The notes under the pieces are model-generated. The model ran no database searches, was not told the origin of the DNA, and saw nothing but the letters and a program-made list of their open reading frames with translations. This document shows, piece after piece, positions 1 through 8,277 of a DNA stretch of 22,670 nucleotides (the first letter of the stretch is position 1; the number at the start of each line of letters is the position of its first letter). The stretch lies in NCBI GenBank assembly GCA_003345595.1, contig PRDI01000088.1, forward strand, positions 1-22,670, read 5' to 3'. Source of the stretch: Candidatus Thorarchaeota archaeon (lineage in GTDB: Archaea; Asgardarchaeota; Thorarchaeia; Thorarchaeales; Thorarchaeaceae). A program made the position numbers and the translations under genes.

Positions 1-2
1 GC

Positions 3-296
3 TTCTCAAATCTTGATGCACAGACTAGGAATTACCTCCAGGAGGAGTTCCTTAGAATATGGCAGGAAACTGGGTCCACAGTCATCTTCGTGTCACATAA
101 CGTCGATGAAGCTGTCTTCATGTCAGATAGGATATTCATGCTGAGCAATGCGCCTGCGCGAATAATAGAAGAGTATGTCATCGACCTCCCAAGGCCCCGA
201 GACCGGACCTCGCCTACGTGCTCCTCATATCGAGCCAGGATACTTGAACTTCTCAAAGTGGAACAGGAGAAGGCAATGAGGGCAAGGTATGGCTAA
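3..296 (+). CDS. ABC transporter ATP-binding subunit, NitT/TauT (SsuB/TauB/NrtD) family; 5'-truncated C-terminal part
   Basis: Frame +3 is open from the window edge: FSNLDAQTRNYLQEEFLRIWQETGSTVIFVSHNVDEAVFMSDRIFML...IDLPRPRDRT. This contains the D-loop (SNLD), the H-loop (FVSHNVDEA) and the LPRPR tail typical of the family. Confidence 0.93.
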   Translation, partial: FSNLDAQTRNYLQEEFLRIWQETGSTVIFVSHNVDEAVFMSDRIFMLSNAPARIIEEYVIDLPRPRDRTSPTCSSYRARILELLKVEQEKAMRARYG

Positions 297-1141
297 ACTG
301 CCACTTCTCTGCGCCACCTGAGCAGTCTCTTCTCAGCTCGTAGAAACACGTAGCTGATCAGGAAGCCTATGAAACCAATCACAATCATGGCTGATATCGT
401 TTCACCTGTCTTGCCCGTCTGCTGCGTAATCGTGACCAAGTATCCTAGGCCTATTGCACTGCCAAACATTTCTGCGGCCACCAAGCACATCCAGCCGATC
501 CCAAAACCGATGCGAAGACCTGCGAATGTTTCGGGAGCGGCTGAAGGGAGGACGATCTTCGACAGAATCTGGCGCTCAGACGTACCGAATGTGCTCGCCA
601 CATCAAGATGGACAGTACTTGTTCTCTTGACACCAGCTGTCGTGTTGATGAGTATTGGAAAGAATGCGCCCAGCCAGATGATGAAAACCTGAGCTCCAAT
701 CAAGTTCGAGCGGAAAAGCAGAATCGACAATGGAATCCAAGCTATTGGGGGCAAGGGGCGAAAGGCCTCAACGACAGGCCCAAGCACCATACTCACTAGC
801 CGGTATCTGCCAACTGCAATGCCGAGAGGAATCGCAGTGGCCGCAGCCAATGCAAAGCCGAGAGTCACACGCACCATGCTCATGGCTGTATGTTGGCCGA
901 GGGTGGTCCCGTCAGCGTCACCCTTGATAACGAGCTTTACAAATGAGTTCGCGATGTCAAGTAGGCCTAGTCCCTGCGCGAAGTATGCTATGAATTGCCA
1001 TATCATGAGTAGAATGGCCAGAGGGATGACCGCCGTCAGAAGAATATCGACAGGCCTGGTTCCTTGCCGCTTCGCTTTCCTCTGGCGAGGCGGGGAGTCG
1101 CCTTTCATCTCCGCATGCTCTTCTGTCGCGCCTGACATCAT
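293..1141 (-). CDS. ABC transporter permease, NitT/TauT (SsuC/TauC/NrtB) family
   Basis: Motifs SMVRVTLGFALA, FRPLPPIAWIPL, FFPILINT, an EAA-like loop (DVASTFGTS), VLPSAAPETFAGLRIG and WMCLVAAEM. About 6 hydrophobic segments. Confidence 0.95.
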   Translation of the reverse strand: MMSGATEEHAEMKGDSPPRQRKAKRQGTRPVDILLTAVIPLAILLMIWQFIAYFAQGLGLLDIANSFVKLVIKGDADGTTLGQHTAMSMVRVTLGFALAAATAIPLGIAVGRYRLVSMVLGPVVEAFRPLPPIAWIPLSILLFRSNLIGAQVFIIWLGAFFPILINTTAGVKRTSTVHLDVASTFGTSERQILSKIVLPSAAPETFAGLRIGFGIGWMCLVAAEMFGSAIGLGYLVTITQQTGKTGETISAMIVIGFIGFLISYVFLRAEKRLLRWRREVAV

Positions 1142-1198
1142 GTTCCTGCAGACGTTCTACTGACTGCCTTTTGTTTCTGCCGTTACCATACCCCGCAA

Positions 1199-2182
1199 TC
1201 ACGGTGAGCTCTCTATGAATGTGGCATTGATGAAATCATCTAGATACGGCCCGATCTCACTCGGATACATCGTGACTTGCTCCTGGTCGATAAGGAACGT
1301 CAGGAACACTTCGATAGCCGTGCGATTCAGGTTGAAGTCATAGACAATGCGGTTGAAGGCGGTCTCCACCGGTGTGGCATTCACTCCCAACCACTGGGTG
1401 GCAATGCCGATTGCTTCAGCCGGGTTTGCCACAATCCACTCCTCTGCCCTCTTGTGAATGTCGACGACCTTCTGCACGACATCTGGTTTTCTGTTTATGA
1501 AATCATCAGACGACGCCAGCACGCAGCAAGGGTGACGGGGCCAGATGTCATGGGACAGCAATATGGGGACTGCAAGGTTTTCATATTCTGCCAAGGCAGG
1601 AAACGGTTCCCAAGCAATGAAAGCAGGAGCATCCGGGGTCAGTGATATTGCCATGTTCTGTGGTACTGCCGCTATAGCCGTTATATCGGAATACGAAAGC
1701 CCAGACTGGCTGAGAGCAAGCCGAAGTAGGAAATTCTGAACGCTCGATGGACCTGGATGGAAGACTGTCTTGTTGACAAGACCCGTGAGATTGAGGATTC
1801 GGCCCGCGTCATACTCTCCTTTGTGCACCATTATTGCTGATCCTTCAAGATTGGCAGTTGCGAGCACAGTCACAGACACGTTTTGGTTGATGCTCTTGGT
1901 GAGAGCAGGAGCTACACCTAGATAGCCCATGTCTATCTGTCCTGCCAAGAAACCATCCATCTCATAGGCCCCGTTCTGGTACTGTAGCAGCTCTACCGTG
2001 AGTCCTGCTTCTCCGAACCAGCCCTTCACGTACGCGACTCTCAGAGCTAGCTGATGAAGGTCTTGGGCCAAATATCCGATTCTCACATCTGGCGTTGTAG
2101 GAGCGAACCACACTGCAACAGCGACCACAGAAACGACTACGACGACTGAAAGCGCTACGGCAACGACCTTCTTACTTTCCAT
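1199..2182 (-). CDS. ABC transporter substrate-binding protein, NitT/TauT (NrtA/CmpA/SsuA-like), N-terminal membrane anchor
   Basis: N-terminal KK plus a Val-rich TM helix. Motifs VRIGYL, GQIDMGYLG, AFIAWEPF and IWPRHPCCVL. Lies upstream of the cognate permease. Confidence 0.92.
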   Translation of the reverse strand: MESKKVVAVALSVVVVVSVVAVAVWFAPTTPDVRIGYLAQDLHQLALRVAYVKGWFGEAGLTVELLQYQNGAYEMDGFLAGQIDMGYLGVAPALTKSINQNVSVTVLATANLEGSAIMVHKGEYDAGRILNLTGLVNKTVFHPGPSSVQNFLLRLALSQSGLSYSDITAIAAVPQNMAISLTPDAPAFIAWEPFPALAEYENLAVPILLSHDIWPRHPCCVLASSDDFINRKPDVVQKVVDIHKRAEEWIVANPAEAIGIATQWLGVNATPVETAFNRIVYDFNLNRTAIEVFLTFLIDQEQVTMYPSEIGPYLDDFINATFIESSP

Positions 2183-2327
2183 GTATTCTTCCTTCCAGAT
2201 GCAGTCGCCAGATTGCAGCCCATTTGGCTGCTACTGGTTCTGGCATGGCGAAGCCAGATATTAAGGATGACTCAATGACGACTCACAACAGTAGGGATAT
2301 TAGACAGACCTCTGCATCATATCAGTC

Positions 2328-2699
2328 ATGTCGCTTCAGGACAGAGTACCCAAACAGCTCAGGCTTGGCGACTCAGTCATCTCAGTTACGATGGAGGACG
2401 ACGTGGCGGTCTTTCCTACCAGCGAGTATGTATTAGTGGAGATCTCTTCGAAAGCCGGAAAGATAAACGTACCCAAGATCTCCTCCACCATACGCAATCT
2501 TGTGAGGAATGACAAACGAATCGTTGCCATCAGAGGATATGGCTTCAAGGGTATAGGGCTGGCTGTCCGCATCGCTCATGAGCTCAAGTTGATGGAACAA
2601 CGATTCAGGTACGAGATGACCTTCGATACGTTCGACGCGACAGACTCAGACAACAAGACAATCACAAGTGTTCAGATTGTCATCGTGCCCCCTGCGTGA
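2328..2699 (+). CDS. Divergent Alba/SpoVS-fold nucleic-acid-binding protein with N-terminal extension
   Basis: The C-terminal ~90 aa follow the Alba/SpoVS beta-alpha-beta-alpha-beta-beta pattern. IVAIRGYGFKGIGLAVRIAHEL resembles Alba VIKARGRAISKAVDVAE, and KTITSVQIVI resembles NVSTIEIVL. Recognised by eye. Confidence 0.65.
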   Translation: MSLQDRVPKQLRLGDSVISVTMEDDVAVFPTSEYVLVEISSKAGKINVPKISSTIRNLVRNDKRIVAIRGYGFKGIGLAVRIAHELKLMEQRFRYEMTFDTFDATDSDNKTITSVQIVIVPPA

Positions 2700-2744
2700 A
2701 CAGATATGCTCATTCGTGTGTTGGGGTTCTGAGCTGTGCCAATC

Positions 2745-3386
2745 ATGACACTGAAACCTACAAAGAGCAGGGAGAAGCCCCAGCCGCTGCTGGTGAGAGC
2801 AAAGATCACAAAGGTGAAGTTCCCCGAGAGATGTCCGGTGTGTCTGGGCGAACCTGAGGATCTCGTGTCCATCACCGTCATGGAGAGCTCGCATTTCGAT
2901 CCTTCCGATGACAGCTCGATCAGTAGTTGGGGTGATGGCAAAGACAAGGTGGAGACGACGCTCGCCGCAGCGCAGGGTGCGGCCACGTTCTGGGTGCCAA
3001 CGTGCGGCATTCACGGCAGCCGAAGCCTTAGGTCAGCTCCGAAGAGGTTCGTGGCCTGGGCGGCATTCTTTGTCCTGTTCTATCCCGGCCTATACTTCGC
3101 CCTAGGAATAGTGAACGCACTTCACAACCCTAGACCCCTCCTCGAGCCTCTCTTGGGCTTGGTCGTGACTGCTTCCCTATTGATTGTCCTTGCTTTCTGG
3201 GGCTACTTCCCCAGGGCAATAGAACGGACTCTCAGGATTGTCAGAATAGACAGACATGAAGATGCTGTATACATGGATATCAGGAATAAGGAATACGGAA
3301 AGCTGTTCTTGGAGTTGAATGCCGCACAAGCAGACATTGTCGATAAGAAAGGCCAGCCCAAACCGGCGGACAAGGTGCAGCGATGA
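2745..3386 (+). CDS. Hypothetical membrane protein with N-terminal Zn-finger-like motif (CPxC...CxxH) and two TM helices
   Basis: FPERCPVCLG...WVPTCGIH is followed by two hydrophobic helices (FVAWAAFFVLFYPGLYFALGIV; LLGLVVTASLLIVLAFWGYF) and a soluble tail. ATG 2745 chosen over GTG 2736. Confidence 0.8.
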   Translation: MTLKPTKSREKPQPLLVRAKITKVKFPERCPVCLGEPEDLVSITVMESSHFDPSDDSSISSWGDGKDKVETTLAAAQGAATFWVPTCGIHGSRSLRSAPKRFVAWAAFFVLFYPGLYFALGIVNALHNPRPLLEPLLGLVVTASLLIVLAFWGYFPRAIERTLRIVRIDRHEDAVYMDIRNKEYGKLFLELNAAQADIVDKKGQPKPADKVQR

Positions 3387-3463
3387 TTGACCTGTACGTA
3401 CTTTTTCAGATAAGCATAAACGCGGATGACGCAATACAAACTGCAGCAGCGGAGGGATGTAGG

Positions 3464-4669
3464 ATTCGTCACAATTACCTTTTCCTGTTTTGGGTTGCAC
3501 TGCTGCTCGTGGCCCCACTCTGTTCTACCATCGTTGCACAAAGCGAGTCGCTAATGATGAATGGGCTCGAAGAGCCCGGGTTGAGTTTCCAGACAGGCCC
3601 CTACATTAGACATGATCCGATCTACATCTCGGATAATGACGGTTTCGTTTCATGGCCGGGCACAGGGAGCAAGCAGGACCCTTATGTGATAGAAGGCCTG
3701 AACATCACAAGCTCAGGCCAATGCATCTATGTGTCTGACACGACGGCACACTTCCTGATTCGTGAATGCATGCTGAGGTGCACTGGCATAGGATGGTCAG
3801 TACTCACTCTTCATAATGTTTCGAACGGTGTGGTCAGGAGCTGTGCCTTTCTTTACGGCGGTCATGGAGTTGATATTCTCTCCTCGGTGAACTGCACAGT
3901 TGACAACTGTATCATCATGCGAAACGGCTACGGCATCTGGATGTCGGAGGCTGACAACTGCACGCTAACCGGAAACACGGCGTACCTGAACTTCGAGGGG
4001 CTTGAAATGGTCAACACTACAGATACCCTAGTTATGAACAACACTTGCTTCCGGAACGCGGTGACTGGAATCAGAGTGTCATACGACTGTCGTCGGAATA
4101 CACTCTTCATGAACAGTCTGGGGTGGAATCCGTATGAGGGAAGACCATTTGTCAATGCGATGGACGAGGGCCTGCTGAATCTATGGGACGACAATGTCAG
4201 CAGGGGTAACTTCTGGAACGACTACACAGGAACAGGCACCTATTCAGTCAGAGGTACAGCAGCTTCCAATGATCGCTTCCCATCGATACTCATAGACAAC
4301 GTTGCTCCTCAGCTCGACCACCCAGACGACATCAGATTCGAACTGGGAGATGAAGTACCATCCGTTACTTGGCATGCTCGTGACAGGTTTCCAGATAGAT
4401 ATGTGCTCCTCTGGGACGGAGAACCAATGCCATTGGAGTTGTGGAGTGGGGACGACATAACAGTCTCACTTGCAGCGCTTTTCGTGGGAACCCACAACTG
4501 CACGCTTTTCGTATCCGACATTGCAGGAAACGCCGCTGTGGACACAGTCATGGTTGCGGTGACTGTCAGCATTCTAGGCGGCATAGGTACATACCTAGTT
4601 GTTGCTGCATCCGCACTCAGTGTTGTTCTTGTTATCGCCGGTATTCTTGTTGTCAAGGCGATGCGGTAG
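3464..4669 (+). CDS. Cell-surface protein with right-handed parallel beta-helix (NosD/CASH repeats), Ig-like domain and C-terminal TM anchor
   Basis: Motifs HDPIYI, WPGTGSKQDPYVIEGLNI, repeated GIxLxxSxNCTxxxN units and GNFWNDY. Also an Ig-like segment (PQLDHPDDI...GTHNCTLFVSDIAGNAAVDTVMV) and a C-terminal TM followed by KAMR. The ORF track starts at ATG 3383, but the signal peptide and RBS point to ATT 3464 (see findings). Confidence 0.88.
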   Translation: MRHNYLFLFWVALLLVAPLCSTIVAQSESLMMNGLEEPGLSFQTGPYIRHDPIYISDNDGFVSWPGTGSKQDPYVIEGLNITSSGQCIYVSDTTAHFLIRECMLRCTGIGWSVLTLHNVSNGVVRSCAFLYGGHGVDILSSVNCTVDNCIIMRNGYGIWMSEADNCTLTGNTAYLNFEGLEMVNTTDTLVMNNTCFRNAVTGIRVSYDCRRNTLFMNSLGWNPYEGRPFVNAMDEGLLNLWDDNVSRGNFWNDYTGTGTYSVRGTAASNDRFPSILIDNVAPQLDHPDDIRFELGDEVPSVTWHARDRFPDRYVLLWDGEPMPLELWSGDDITVSLAALFVGTHNCTLFVSDIAGNAAVDTVMVAVTVSILGGIGTYLVVAASALSVVLVIAGILVVKAMR

Positions 4670-4837
4670 ATTGGTCCCATCTCCCGTGACCTGTGAAGCA
4701 GACCAGACTCGTGTGTACGACCAATGAAGAGAGGAACGATTCTGGGTGACCTCCAAGCTCATGGACAAAATCGGCAGGAAGGAGAAGACTTACCGATAGG
4801 CAACGGGTCTGAGAGCACCGAATCGCAGAGGCAAATA

Positions 4838-4851
4838 CGAAGATACATAAG
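4838..4851 (+). promoter_or_regulatory. Putative archaeal BRE/TATA promoter of the por operon
   Basis: CGAAGA-TACATAAG: a purine-rich element followed by a TATA-like box, about 45-55 nt upstream of the porC start. Confidence 0.4.
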
Positions 4852-4896
4852 CATCACAAAGTGAGCCGAGGCCAGATGCTTCCCCAGTAGGTAGTG

Positions 4897-5481
4897 ATGA
4901 CAGCAATGGCCCTTGACTTTTCGAAAGGCATCATCGAAGTGACCTGGCACGGACGCGGCGGCCAAGGTGTGGTCACCAGCAATCAGATGCTGGGCAAGGC
5001 CGCACTCTCTGAAGGCAACTACATTCAAGCCTTCCCTGAGTTTGGCCCAGAGCGAACCGGCGCACCTGTTCGAGCCTTCCTGAGAATCAGTAAGAAACCC
5101 ATTCAACTCTACTCTCAGGTCTACCAGCCAGACATAGTGGTCTGCATTGACCCGACTCTTCTCAGTGTGGTCAATCCTAGTGAGGGACTGAAGAAAGATG
5201 GCACACTCGTTCTCAACACTACACTGACCCCCGCGCAGATTAGGAGCAAGTATGGCTTGAAGAGCGGAAAAGTCGTCACGGTCGATGCAAGTACGATAGC
5301 AATGCAGATACTTGGACGACCTTTCTACAATATGCCGACCCTCGCAGCGGCAGTCAAGGCAACGGGCGCAGTGAAAATGGAAACCGTGGTTGCCGAGGTG
5401 CTGAGCCGGTACCCGGGCAAAGTTGGAGAACTGAACAAGAAAGCAATGGAGCGAGCAGCCTCAGAGGTGAACATAGAATGA
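4897..5481 (+). CDS. porC: Pyruvate:ferredoxin oxidoreductase gamma subunit
   Basis: Motifs WHGRGGQGVVT, QAFPEFGPERTGAPVRAF and PDIVVCIDPTL. First gene of the gamma-delta-alpha-beta cluster. The start could be 4894, 4897 or 4906. Confidence 0.95.
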   Translation: MTAMALDFSKGIIEVTWHGRGGQGVVTSNQMLGKAALSEGNYIQAFPEFGPERTGAPVRAFLRISKKPIQLYSQVYQPDIVVCIDPTLLSVVNPSEGLKKDGTLVLNTTLTPAQIRSKYGLKSGKVVTVDASTIAMQILGRPFYNMPTLAAAVKATGAVKMETVVAEVLSRYPGKVGELNKKAMERAASEVNIE

Positions 5482-5774
5482 GCAAGAAATCCAGCGAGAT
5501 CCCAATGGCTGGTAATATTCTGGAGCCAGGCAATGCGAGAGAATACAAGACGGGTGGGTGGCGAGCTGAGCGTCCCAAGCACAATCCGGAGGATTGCCTC
5601 TGGATAAAGAATGGTACCTGTGCACTGTGTTGTATCTTCTGTCCTGATAATGCGATTAAGTTGAGTGAGAAGGATGGCAAGTTTCTCTATGCCTATGATT
5701 ATGATTACTGTAAGGGCTGCGGGATTTGCGCCAACGAGTGCCCGAAATCGTGTATCACTATGGAGGCTGAGTGA
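5478..5774 (+). CDS. porD: Pyruvate:ferredoxin oxidoreductase delta subunit (2x[4Fe-4S])
   Basis: Motifs YKTGGWR, C-x7-CxxCxxxCP and DYDYCKGCGICANECP. ATGA overlap with the porC stop. Confidence 0.95.
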   Translation: MSKKSSEIPMAGNILEPGNAREYKTGGWRAERPKHNPEDCLWIKNGTCALCCIFCPDNAIKLSEKDGKFLYAYDYDYCKGCGICANECPKSCITMEAE

Positions 5775-5777
5775 AAG

Positions 5778-6983
5778 ATGGCAGCTACTGTAAAGATGAC
5801 CAAACCCAAAGGGTCAATCGAGGGGCTGACTGGCGATGCTGCCATTGCATACGCTCTCAAGCAGTGTGACATCGACGTGCTGTCTGCTTATCCAATAACC
5901 CCTCAAACAATCATTGTGGAGGACTATCAACGTTTCTTCGCAGAAGGCCAAGTCAAAACGAAGGTCATCCCTGTGGAGTCCGAACACAGCGCAATGTCGG
6001 CCTGTATCGGAGCCTCTGCAGCAGGGGCGAGGGTGGCCACAGCGTCAGCATCGGCCGGGCTGGCACTCATGTGGGAGGTGCTTTATTGCGCAAGTGGAAT
6101 GCGGCAGCCGATCGTATTGGCTGTTGCGAACCGTGCCCTGTCAGCCCCTATCAACATCCACAACGACTGGAGCGACTCATATGGGGCACGGGACAGCGGC
6201 TTCATTCAGATGTATTGCCAGAGCTGTCAAGAGGCATACGACACGACGATCATGTCATTCAGGATAGCGGAGAATCACAACGTACTCCTTCCTGCCATGG
6301 TCTGCATCGATGGCTTCATCCTGAGTCACAATGTGGAACGTGTAGAACTCCTTCCAGATGAGGTTGTGCGTGACTTCGTCGGTGTGAGGGTGCCGGTACA
6401 GCCACTTGACACGGACAAACCGATTACAATGGGGCCCTTGTGTCTGACTGACTACTACTTCGAGTTCAAGGAGCAGGAGGACAAGGCGATGAGGGAGGTG
6501 TTCAAGGTCTACAAGGATGTTGAGGCTGAGTTCCAGAAAGTGACTGGTCGCTCATATGGTATGTATGAAACATACAAGACAAAGGACGCTGACATCATCA
6601 TGCTCACGCACAGTTCTCCAGCAGGTACCGCTAAGGCAGTCGTTGATGCTCTCCGAGAACAGGGCGAGAAGGTTGGAGTCCTCAGAATGAAGCTGTTCAG
6701 GCCGTTCCCTGCTGCCGAGCTGGCGAAAGAACTCTCCAGTGCCAAGGCTGTGGCTGTCTTTGAGAAATGCCTATCCTTTGGAGCACCAACCAATCCCCTC
6801 GCACTCGAAGTGAGGACTGCCCTATACGACCTGCCCAAGAAACCAATGGTCACGGACTTCGTGGTCGGGCTTGGAGGCCGTGACGTGCCGCCCGCGACGA
6901 TTGTTGAGGGATACAACAAGACCAAGCAATACTTAGAGAAGGGGAAGGCTCCCCTATACGAAACTCTGGGGGTGCGAAAGTAG
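5778..6983 (+). CDS. porA: Pyruvate:ferredoxin oxidoreductase alpha subunit
   Basis: Motifs AYPITPQT, VESEHSAMSACIGA, VANRALSAPINIH, DGFILSH, FRPFP and GLGGRD. Confidence 0.96.
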   Translation: MAATVKMTKPKGSIEGLTGDAAIAYALKQCDIDVLSAYPITPQTIIVEDYQRFFAEGQVKTKVIPVESEHSAMSACIGASAAGARVATASASAGLALMWEVLYCASGMRQPIVLAVANRALSAPINIHNDWSDSYGARDSGFIQMYCQSCQEAYDTTIMSFRIAENHNVLLPAMVCIDGFILSHNVERVELLPDEVVRDFVGVRVPVQPLDTDKPITMGPLCLTDYYFEFKEQEDKAMREVFKVYKDVEAEFQKVTGRSYGMYETYKTKDADIIMLTHSSPAGTAKAVVDALREQGEKVGVLRMKLFRPFPAAELAKELSSAKAVAVFEKCLSFGAPTNPLALEVRTALYDLPKKPMVTDFVVGLGGRDVPPATIVEGYNKTKQYLEKGKAPLYETLGVRK

Positions 6984-7925
6984 ATGTCGATGAAACTAAA
7001 GGACCTGCTGCAGGCTCCAGAGGTGTTGGGATCGGGCCACCGAATGTGCGCAGGTTGCGGTGCACCCACTGTGATGAAGTTGATGGGCATGTCCTTGCGT
7101 GGACCTACGATTGTATGCAATGCGACAGGCTGCCTAGAGGTCGCGACTACAATCTATCCCTACACTGCATGGAAGGTCCCGTGGATACATGTTGCATTCG
7201 AGAACGTCGCAGCTGTCGCATCAGGCATAGTCGAGGGCATAAACGCAATGCAAGAGAAAGGCCGATACAAACAGGAACACGTCGACGTGATTGCACTGGG
7301 AGGAGATGGCGGCACATTCGACATAGGCTTTGGGGCTCTTAGTGGAGCGCTTGAGCGTGGACACGACTTCGTCTATATGGTATATGACAATGGTGCCTAT
7401 CAGAACACGGGGATCCAGAGATCAGGGGCTACACTTCCAGGCCAAGAAACGACGACCTCATGGGCCGGCAAGGCTGAGCCTGGCAAGAGGCAGAGGAAGA
7501 AACCGATTGCCGAGATCGTGGCCGCGCACAGGATACCATACGTTGCTACCGTAGACCCGTTCCATTATCGCGACTTTATCACGAAATTCCGCAAGGCGCT
7601 CGAGGTGGAGGGCCCTGCATTCATCCACGCATTCTCGCCTTGCCCGAGAGGCTGGCGATCGGAGTCGTCAAAGACCATCGAGCTGGCCAGACTCGCAGTT
7701 GAAACGGGGATTCACCCACTCTATGAAATCATTGACGGTGAACAGTATATCATGTCGGGTCCGAGCAAGAGCCTCAAGGAATTGAAACCGGTGGACGAGT
7801 TCATGAAGCTGCAGGGTCAGTTCAAGCACCTTTTCACTCCCCAGTGGGAGGACTTCAGAAAGCAGGTCCAGCAGCAGATCACTGCAGACTGGGAACTGCT
7901 AAAGAAGAAATGCGGCGTCGAGTAG
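6984..7925 (+). CDS. porB: Pyruvate:ferredoxin oxidoreductase beta subunit (TPP-binding)
   Basis: Motifs GHRMCAGCG, NATGCLEV, FENVAAVASG, the TPP motif GGDGGTFDIG...YDNGAYQNTG, and PCPRGW. Confidence 0.96.
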   Translation: MSMKLKDLLQAPEVLGSGHRMCAGCGAPTVMKLMGMSLRGPTIVCNATGCLEVATTIYPYTAWKVPWIHVAFENVAAVASGIVEGINAMQEKGRYKQEHVDVIALGGDGGTFDIGFGALSGALERGHDFVYMVYDNGAYQNTGIQRSGATLPGQETTTSWAGKAEPGKRQRKKPIAEIVAAHRIPYVATVDPFHYRDFITKFRKALEVEGPAFIHAFSPCPRGWRSESSKTIELARLAVETGIHPLYEIIDGEQYIMSGPSKSLKELKPVDEFMKLQGQFKHLFTPQWEDFRKQVQQQITADWELLKKKCGVE

Positions 7926-7946
7926 ACTCATTCTGCGCATAGGAGG

Positions 7947-7967
7947 ACAGCTGCCTGTGGCAGCTGT
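7947..7967 (+). terminator. Hairpin downstream of the por operon (possible terminator or mRNA 3'-stability element)
   Basis: Perfect 9-bp inverted repeat ACAGCTGCC-tgt-GGCAGCTGT, 21 nt after the porB stop, followed by T-rich sequence. Confidence 0.5.
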
Positions 7968-8145
7968 GCTTCATGTTTCAGTGTGGATTTCATGTGATAG
8001 GCGTATGATTTCGCTAGGTTGTGAGCGAACGGTAATGGACAGAATATGTTAATATGTGCCCAAAGGGACACCCTGTTTAATTCCGAATCATGCTAGTCCC
8101 GATCGCAATGGGACCTTACCAACACAGAAATCGGAGAATGAATCG

Positions 8146-8277
8146 ATGACCTGTATCGAATACAATGCTGCAGATGAGAAGTGCAAGGTGGACGGCTTCA
8201 AGTTTTACAAGGGTATGCAGAAACCCTGTGAGTATGTAGGTAAGCGTGACAAGTGCCCCAGACTTGTCATGAAGTAG
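8146..8277 (+). CDS. Small four-cysteine protein (43 aa), putative metal-binding microprotein
   Basis: GGAG lies 9 nt before ATG 8146. Sequence MTCIEYNAADEKCKVDGFKFYKGMQKPCEYVGKRDKCPRLVMK is protein-like, Lys-rich and has 4 Cys. Confidence 0.6.
   Translation: MTCIEYNAADEKCKVDGFKFYKGMQKPCEYVGKRDKCPRLVMK

Noticed and set aside
6509-7120. 203-aa antisense ORF (and similar shadow ORFs such as 9110-9628, 369-692, 17488-17886)
   Set aside because: Antisense shadows of well-supported genes, with no independent homology signal.
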